Below are positions 56,468-64,000 of a stretch of DNA of 64,000 nucleotides, piece after piece. Source of the stretch: Eledone cirrhosa (taxonomy: Eukaryota); the NCBI GenBank assembly GCA_964016885.1, contig OZ024742.1:133176001-133240000 (forward strand), given 5' to 3'. Below the pieces are notes generated by a model. It was given only the letters and a program-made list of their open reading frames with translations, was not told the origin of the DNA and searched no databases. A program made the translations under genes and the position numbers. Each line of letters starts with the position of its first letter. Within the stretch, counting starts at the first letter, position 1.

Positions 56468-59400
56468 ATGGCCATATTAAGAGTAGGAAGTTTAAATGTT
56501 CGCGGCCTGGGGTCACCCTAGAAGCAGGGTCGCCTGCTCAACGACCTCCGGTCGCTGGAAATGGATGTGATTGCCGTAAGCGAGACCAGAATTTCCGACA
56601 CGCGTGCACTAGCCCCCATTTTCGACGACTATCAGATCTTCGCATCTGTTAGCAGGCCGGGAATGGGGGTGGGGTGGCAGTGTTGTTTAGGAAAGGACTG
56701 GATCTCGAGGTAAGGTCGATCTTCCGGGACCCGGACGGTAAGTTGGTGGTCTTGGATGTGATCAGTAGCGAAGTTGGTGCCTTTAGACTGCTGGCCGCCT
56801 ACGCCCCTACAGGGGCCGGACGACCTGACTTCTTTAGGCGCCTGGAGACCTTTCTGGGTACGTCTCGCCCTTTACTGTTAGCGGGGGACTGGAATGGCAT
56901 CTTAGACGCACGCTGGGATTGTGTGGGAGTAGCCGATAGGGCGGGGAGTGCAAACGCCTCAAGCACCTATTCAGCCAGTTCCAACTGTCTGACAGGTATC
57001 GACTAGATTTCCCCAATTGCCAGTATGGACATGGACCAACCGAATGGGGTCATCTAGATCGTATATAGACAGAATCTTCATTAGGAAAATAGATAGAAAT
57101 AGTGTGGGCTGTCCACTTTTTAAAACGGTCGCCTATTCAGATCACAAATTTGTGATCTGTACGGTCGACCTAAATAAAACGCGGAGGTTAGGACCGGGTT
57201 ACTGGAAGCTAAACATGTCATTTCCGGTACGTAAGGCTTACAGGGACCGAGTCAATAAGTTAGTTAAGCAAAAGTTGACAGGGGGGATCATCAACAACAG
57301 ATGGTGGGGGGCTCTCAAAAGAGAGATTAGAGTAACTTCGATAGAGTTCAGCAAAGAACTAGCGTTAGAGAGAAATAGAAAGGAGGGGGAGCTGGTAGAT
57401 AAGTTAGACGAGGCTATTTGTAGTGGCATCGCAACTGACGTGCTAGCGGCGAGAATGGCATTAGACCATTTCTTCAATGCCAAACACGAAGGTTGCATTG
57501 TCAGAGCTAAGGCGCGTGCGCTGAGAAACGAGCGAACTAAAGCTGTTCGATGGGCCCGCGTGGCGGAGGCGCAGCGTGGTAATAAAACAACAATTCGGTC
57601 TTTGGCGGACCGAGACGGACACGAGATAAGCGATTCCAAGCGGATGTGTGAGGCCTTTCGCCAGCACTTTGCTCGGTTGTTCGGGGAGAGTGGCGAGTCA
57701 GAGAGAGTAGCGGATTTCAGTCCCTACCTTGACGGCTTGCCGCGCATCTCGACGGTCGACTCTGAGCGCTGCGAAAGGCCGATTACTTCAGCCGAAATTC
57801 AGGACGCCCTTGTCGGCTGCATGAGGCGAAAGTCACCCGGCTTGGATGGCCTGCCCTACGAGCTTTACGTAAATATGCCAGACTTGTTCTCCGAACTCCT
57901 CGAAGCACTCTACTGTAACTGTCAGCAGAATGGGAGTATTCCCAGTTCTGTGAGCAGGGGAGTGGTGACGCTGATAAGGAAAGACGAGAACAAGAGGGAT
58001 ACATTAGACAACTTCAGGCCCATAACTCTGCTCAACACAGAGTTTAAGATTTTGGCCAAGGTGTTAGCAAAGAGATTGGCACTTGTCGTCGAGGATTTGG
58101 TTGGGGAGGCGCAAACTTGCGCAATCCCAGCCAGGTCCATACACGACAATCTCCACCTCATGCGATACATCATAGAGAGGGTAGGGTGTAAACCTGGCTT
58201 CGGTGGGGCTCTGATCAATTTAGATCAATCGAAAGCATTCGATAGGGTCGACCATCGGTATCTGGAGTTTGTCCTCAAAGCAGCTGGCTTCGGCCCTGTC
58301 TTTAGAAGCTGGATCGTTGCAATGCACAGCGGCACACGCTCGGTGGTCAAGGTTAATGGCCACCTCTCGGAACCATTTCGGCTCTCCCAATCGGTCCGTC
58401 AAGGGTGCCCTCTCTCTTCCCTTCTGTACGTATTGACTCTCGAGCCTTTACTGCGGAAGCTGGAGCTGTTGCAGGGCATCCCGCTCGAACCGGGACGTGG
58501 AAAGGTGGTGTCGGCTTATGCGGACGACATCACCGTGATGGTGTCGAACACCTCAGAAATCGAGGTGGTCGGCACCTTATTGAAGGAATATGAAAGGTTG
58601 ACAGGAGCCAAACTTAACCCGGAAAAGTCGGTGGGCTTGCAGCTCGGAACCTGGAGAGGCAAGCCCATGCCGTCCAACAGCGTCCTGGGGCGCTGGACGG
58701 ACGGACCAGTAAAGTTGCTCGGGGTTTGGTTCGGACCAGACCTCCGGGAAAAGAATTGGGACGAGGTAACGAGCAGAGTAGCCAGTCTCACCCAAAAATG
58801 GGCTGGGAGGAAGCTATGACTGAAAGGTCGCGCGGACATGGCGAATGCGTACATCGCGTCCGTCATCTACTACCGCCTAACCGTCGTGCCTTGCCCCCGT
58901 CCGCGCCTCGTCAATTTGGAACGGCTCCTCTTCAAATTCTTGTGGAGGGGACAATACCGTTGGTGAGGCGGTCCATCTGCTGCCAGCACCCTCTACGCGG
59001 AGGGCTGGGCATGCGTTGAGGCTGCGACATCTCCAGATATTCTGCCTCAATGGTGAACAGGTGTGGTCGCCGTTTATCAGACAGGCCTTTCCGCAGCTCA
59101 TTTATTTGACTGAGCTGCAGTCCTGTGTCAACAAGAGACCGAGACTGGGTGACTGGCACCTGGAATGTTGCCAGGCACTCACTGCCCTCTACCAAGCGGG
59201 CAATGCGATCAGTGGAACTTCCACTCTCGAGTTCTATAGAGGATTAATGGTGGGCAAGTGCGATGACGCACTCGGAGAAGCTTTGGGCCTCACGAAGTCG
59301 AACTGACCAGTCTGTACCGGAGGACGTTTGAGCCGGGGACGATGGACAATTTCCAGAAATCCCTCGCTTGGCAGTGCTACCGGGGGGCACTGCCGGTTCG

Positions 59401-59857
59401 GGATAAACTCTACAGGCACGGAAGTGCTGTCAGACGGACCTGCCCAAGATGCGCACAGAACGACGAAACCGTTCTGCACGCACTTGTCCAATGTCCGTGC
59501 ATTACTGACATGTGGAGTTATGTCGAACAGCTACTGTCGCTTGTGGAACGAATCCGGCTATCGGCCGGGTCCATAGTAAAGATCGAGCCGCGACCTTCCT
59601 TAGGTCAGGAAGAGCAGGAAATGTTCCTCTGTGTGGTGGCAGTTGGGAAAGAGATTATATGGTGGACCAGGTTGAAAGGACTAAAGACAGACACTTTTCT
59701 CTTCGGCCTATCCCTCATCAACTTCTTCAAGTTTCACCTGGAAAGGAGGGTGACGGTGGAGAGGGAAGTGCAGCCCCACAGTACATTTGCTAAAAGGTGG
59801 GTGAATGTGGCGAGAATGGCTCGTGTGAATGAGCCTACTCTGACCATGCGCCTATAG
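56468..59857 (+). pseudogene. LINE B ORF2 (APE endonuclease + RT + C-terminal zinc finger)
   Basis: MAILRVGSLNVRGL, AGDWN, SYIDRIF, SDH, GYWKLN, KSPGLDGLP, NFRPITLLN, LDQSKAFDRVDH, RQGCPLS, AYADD, CPRC...ETVLHALVQC; TAG at 56519, TGA at 58817 and frameshifts. Confidence 0.92.
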
Positions 59858-60134
59858 GCTGGCTAACTTGAGGAGAGGGGTGCTCTCCCGGGTGCCCTAG
59901 AAGCGCAGGGTGGTTCAGGATTGGTGGAGTAGCCGAATCACCCCAGGGTCGTCCACCCCCATTCGGGGAATTTACTTTGTTATATTTATGCATAGTTTAT
60001 TTTATACTTTTTATATTTTCATTGTTAAATTAGTCTTGCCATTGTGCACTTTTACTCGAACTTATTGTAAACCCCCACTGTCCCTGTCTTTGTATTGTCC
60101 CGTACATGTCGGCCCTTGTGGCTAATAAATGAAA

Positions 60135-60136
<2 letters not shown>

Positions 60137-60187
<51 letters not shown>
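60137..60187. repeat. (ATT)17 between LINE B and LINE C
   Basis: Perfect ATT run. Confidence 0.95.
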
Positions 60188-63100
60188 GGCGACCTACGTA
60201 GTAAATCGTATCATCGTGAGCTCCGCAAAGGTTTGTTATTTCCGTTTGTTAAAAATTGTCATGTATGGAAATGTTTATTGTTAACTGTTTATAAGCGCAC
60301 ATACATTGTTTTCCGAAAAGGACACCCAAAAAGATTGGGGCCTTGTGCCCAAAATTTTAACTTTTATTATTATCAAAAAATTTCTTTGAAAAAAAATGGC
60401 TAATTCACCTCTGCACGAATCAGCTGAAAGCCTTCCTCACAAAATAACACCTCATACCGACACCACCATTGTAAATGTTACGTTTGCCAACACAAAAAAA
60501 AATATAAGCAGTAGCAATATTTTAAATTTGTCTCAGGCAGACATTCATTTCCCGCCATTACCAATGACTGCAGGTGTTAAAGCCTCCACCACCACCACCA
60601 CCGCGACAACCACCACCACCACCACCACCACCACCGCGACAACAGAAACAAAAGAAGAAAAAAATAAATTAACTCGTGATGTCGAAATGAAATCAAGCAA
60701 AATGGACTATTCCGCACCAAAGACGACTGACGTCACCACCACCACAACTGAAACTAAAATTAATATTAACACAAATAACGATAGCAACAACAACAACAAT
60801 GACATTATAAAACCGACCCTCAGTTTCGCCATAGTAGCAAAACAGTTCGAAGCATTCACGGTAACTCAGGAGGATTTAGAAAATGCCAAACAAATGGTAA
60901 AGAAAGGTGGGTACAGGGAGAGCCTCACCTCCCCCACCTAATAAAATGGAGCATCGGCGCCTATGCACCGTGTCGTATAGAACAATAAATGTAAAATCGC
61001 GCCGAGTGGAACGGGCAACCGGGTCCCAAATCCAAAAAGCTTTGGGACATGTGTGGGCAAGAAAACCCCACATCAGACGTGGACAAAAGTGTGGAACCGT
61101 GGATGTGTTCTTTGAAACACCAGAGGAGGCTAGAGAACACTCCATGGCCCCATTAAAAAGTGACGACTTCACACTCGTCCCAAGCTATTGTGGCCAGAGA
61201 CTCGTAAAGATCAGGGTGACCCACGTTCCACCGGCCATCGAAATTCCCTGGCTAATAGCGGCTGTCCTCGCCGGCATCGAAGCCAACACGAAAATAATAG
61301 CAATAGCAAAAGAAAAGCAGGAAAACTGGTCCGCATCTGGGATGGAGCTCCTGAGCCAAGCGGACCAAAAAAGCATTGAGGAGATCCCAGAGGTAATAGA
61401 CCTCACTGACGGCAGCCACCTCACGGTAATTGTCGAGGGCAGAAGACCTAGGTGTGTTGTTTGTGGTGAAGGAACCCACCTAAGGGCTTTCTGCCCTCAG
61501 GCTAAAAGGTTGAGGCCACCTCTCCTACCCACCACAGTGACACAACCATCAACACCACCAGTAGCAGAGATGGCAGCAACAACTGTAGCAGCAACAACAG
61601 AAGCAACTATAACAGCAACAACCCCAACAACAGTAGCAAAACCAACACCACTACCACCACCAGCAAAACCAAAACCACCACCACCCAACACTTCAGAACT
61701 AGCACCAGCGCCTACACCATCCACCACACCACAACCAAAACTAACGGCTGTGGAGGATTTTCCACTCCCCGGCCTATCACAACTGGAGACAGATTGTGAC
61801 GACGAGGAGTGGGAAACGATATCCGGAAAAAAGAAGAAACCAAAAGAGAAAAAATTCTCTTCCTTCCCCCTCCAAAAACAAAATACAGAGGGAAACAAAT
61901 AAATTAAGAAACAAAAAAGTTAGGACAGATATGCCACCATCCACACTAGCATCACCAACCCCATGAAACCAAACACCAACACCATCACCATCATTAACCC
62001 CAGCACCACCATCACCTACACCACAAAAGTCACCAAAATGCGAAACAGAAACAAACCCACAACAAACGCAAACAAAACAAAACAACCAAAACGATACACA
62101 CTACACAGCATTAAATTTGAACAACAAGCAATTATTACACTACATCCAACACAACACCAGCATCACAGAAAAAGACTACACAACAACCCCAAAATTCACA
62201 CCACCTCCACACATACAAATCACTCGCATCACACAGAACACGTACATGACACTAAAACAAAAATTCCCCAAAGACATCGGAGACTTCCGACAAGCACTCT
62301 CCAGGAGGATTTATAAGGACATCCTTCCTGAGGAGGCCACAAGCAGTGAAAAGGATGGAAAAACCGTCCTTCCCCTACGAGAAGTAAGGTAAGTGGTCTT
62401 TCCCATCTTTTCCACTCCTTTTCAACATGACCTCACTCAGAATAGGCAGCATAAATGCGCGTGGCTTGGGGTCGTCATGGAAGCAGGGCCACCTGCTCAA
62501 CGACCTCAGGTCACTAAACATAGATGTAGTGGCCATCAGCGAGACCAGAATCTCCGAAGCACAGGCTTTCGCACCGATCTTCGGCGGCTACGATGTGTAC
62601 GCATCTCCCAGCCGTCCGGGATCGGGAGGAGGAGTTGCTGTGCTTTTTCGGAGAGGTTTGGATCTTGCCATACGGGCCATCTTCCTGGACCCAGAAGGTA
62701 AGTTGGTGGTGCTGGACATGACCAGTGGAGACGGCCAAGCTTTCAGGTTAGTGGCCGTCTATGCCCCGACAGGAGCAGGGCGGCCTGATTTCTTCCGGCG
62801 TCTGGAGACCTTTCTTGGAACGTCCCGCTCTTTAGTGTTAGTGGGCGACTGGAACGGGATCTTAGATGCACGCTGGGATTGTGTGGGATTAGTGGATAGG
62901 GAAGGAGGGTGCAAGAGTCTCACCAACCTGCTCAGACGTTTTGAACTGTCTGACAGGTACCGAATGGATTTCCCGAATGTACCAATGTGGACTTGGACAA
63001 ATCGCATAGGGTCATCCAGATCATATCTAGATAGAGTATTTTGTAGGGAAATAGATAGGTCTAGCATAGGCTGTCCACAATTCAAGATAGTCAGCTACAC

Positions 63101-64000
63101 GGACCACAAATTCGTGATCTGTGTGCTTGACTTAGATAGGCTTCATAGACGAGGACCCGGCTACTGGAAGCTAAACGCGTCCTTACCAGCGCGCAAGGCC
63201 TACAGAGACCGGATTAGCGAACTAGTTAAGCGGGCGTTGACGGGGGCCATCGTCAACAACAAGTGGTGGTTTGCTCTGAAAAGAGCAATTAGAATAGAGT
63301 CCATTAGGTTTAGTAAGACTTTAGCAATAGAGAAAAATAGAGCAGAGGGAGAATTAGTTAGAAAATTAGATGAGGCGCTTAGCAAAGGCATCGCGACCGA
63401 CGTACTTGCGGCGAAATTGGCCCTTGACCAATTCTTCAATGCAAAGCACGAAGGCTGCGTTGTCAGAGCTAGGGTGCGTGCTCTCAGACACGAGGGGACG
63501 AAAGCCGTTCAATGGGCCCGAGTGGCGGAGGCGCGTCGTGGCAACAAAGCCACGATCCGGTCTTTGGTGGATCACGACGGGCGCATGCTACTCGATCCCG
63601 GGCAAATGTGTGAAGCTTTTCAGCGACACTTCGCTCAACTGTTCGGGGGCAGTGGCCGGCCGGATCGAAGGATGGACTTTAGTGTCTACCTCGACGGAGT
63701 GCCGCGGCTTTTGGCCACTGAGGCGGAGTGTTGCGAAAAGCCGATAACAACCGCTGAAGTACGGGATGCAATGACTAGTTGCACAAGGGGTAAATCGCCT
63801 GGTTTGGATGGTCTGCCCTATGTACTTTACGTACAAATGCCAAACTTGTTCGGAGGCCTCTTGGCGGACGTCTACTGCAACTGGCAACAGAACGGGAGAA
63901 TTCCCAGCTCTGTGAGCCGAGGAGCGGTGGCGCTGCTGAGAAAGGATCCGAACAAGGGGGAAAACATAGATAATTTTAGGCCCATAACTCTGCTAAACAC
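60188..64000 (+). mobile_element. Tx1/L1-like LINE copy C (different subfamily), runs off window end
   Basis: Starts ggcgac after (ATT)n; ORF1 60396-62392 with frameshifts, EGRRPRCVVCGEGTHLRAFCP; ORF2 from 62427. Confidence 0.92.
62427..64000 (+). CDS. LINE C ORF2, 5' part (APE + start of RT), open to window end
   Basis: Manual translation without stops: MTSLRIGSINARGL...AISET...VGDWN...SYLDRVF...TDH...GYWKLN...KSPGLDGLP...NFRPITLLN; absent from ORF track because no stop lies in the window. Confidence 0.88.
   Translation, partial: MTSLRIGSINARGLGSSWKQGHLLNDLRSLNIDVVAISETRISEAQAFAPIFGGYDVYASPSRPGSGGGVAVLFRRGLDLAIRAIFLDPEGKLVVLDMTSGDGQAFRLVAVYAPTGAGRPDFFRRLETFLGTSRSLVLVGDWNGILDARWDCVGLVDREGGCKSLTNLLRRFELSDRYRMDFPNVPMWTWTNRIGSSRSYLDRVFCREIDRSSIGCPQFKIVSYTDHKFVICVLDLDRLHRRGPGYWKLNASLPARKAYRDRISELVKRALTGAIVNNKWWFALKRAIRIESIRFSKTLAIEKNRAEGELVRKLDEALSKGIATDVLAAKLALDQFFNAKHEGCVVRARVRALRHEGTKAVQWARVAEARRGNKATIRSLVDHDGRMLLDPGQMCEAFQRHFAQLFGGSGRPDRRMDFSVYLDGVPRLLATEAECCEKPITTAEVRDAMTSCTRGKSPGLDGLPYVLYVQMPNLFGGLLADVYCNWQQNGRIPSSVSRGAVALLRKDPNKGENIDNFRPITLLN

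Larger units (their letters stand above)
54256..60136 (+). mobile_element. Full-length Tx1/L1-like LINE copy B (~5.9 kb), mildly decayed
   Basis: Starts ggccgc after (ATT)n; ORF1 with CCHC knuckle; ORF2 APE-RT-zinc finger; ends aataaatgaaatc-(ATT)n. Confidence 0.92.

Noticed and set aside
54516-63887. Antisense and alternate-frame ORFs over the LINEs
   Set aside because: Shadow ORFs of GC-richer LINE coding sequence with no independent motifs

Overview
Eukaryotic, very AT-rich intronic or intergenic DNA, probably from an octopus (inferred from the repeated tRNA-derived SINE). It has one 200-N gap and no confidently identifiable host gene; nearly all short ORFs in the track are microsatellite artefacts. 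From 1 to about 49 kb, (TA)n arrays alternate with remnants of Penelope-like retroelements (PLEs; RT + C-terminal GIY-YIG, at least three or four distinct lineages), many with inverted or fold-back pseudo-LTRs. By eye I count about 20 type I hammerhead-ribozyme (HHR) motifs in these islands. They include recurring non-canonical cores (CCGANGA; U3-A8 UUGANAA), palindromic stem III and very long stem II. There is also a non-coding ~425-bp tandem array with one HHR per unit (retrozyme-like) and a tandem unit carrying a tRNA-like Pol III cassette. From about 51 kb to the window end, three different Tx1/L1-like LINEs lie head-to-tail, joined by (ATT)n, and become better preserved from left to right. 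Each has a consensus 5' splice site about 40 nt before ORF2. RTE-like LINE fragments and SINEs are also present. All structures were read manually, so boundaries are approximate and clade names tentative.
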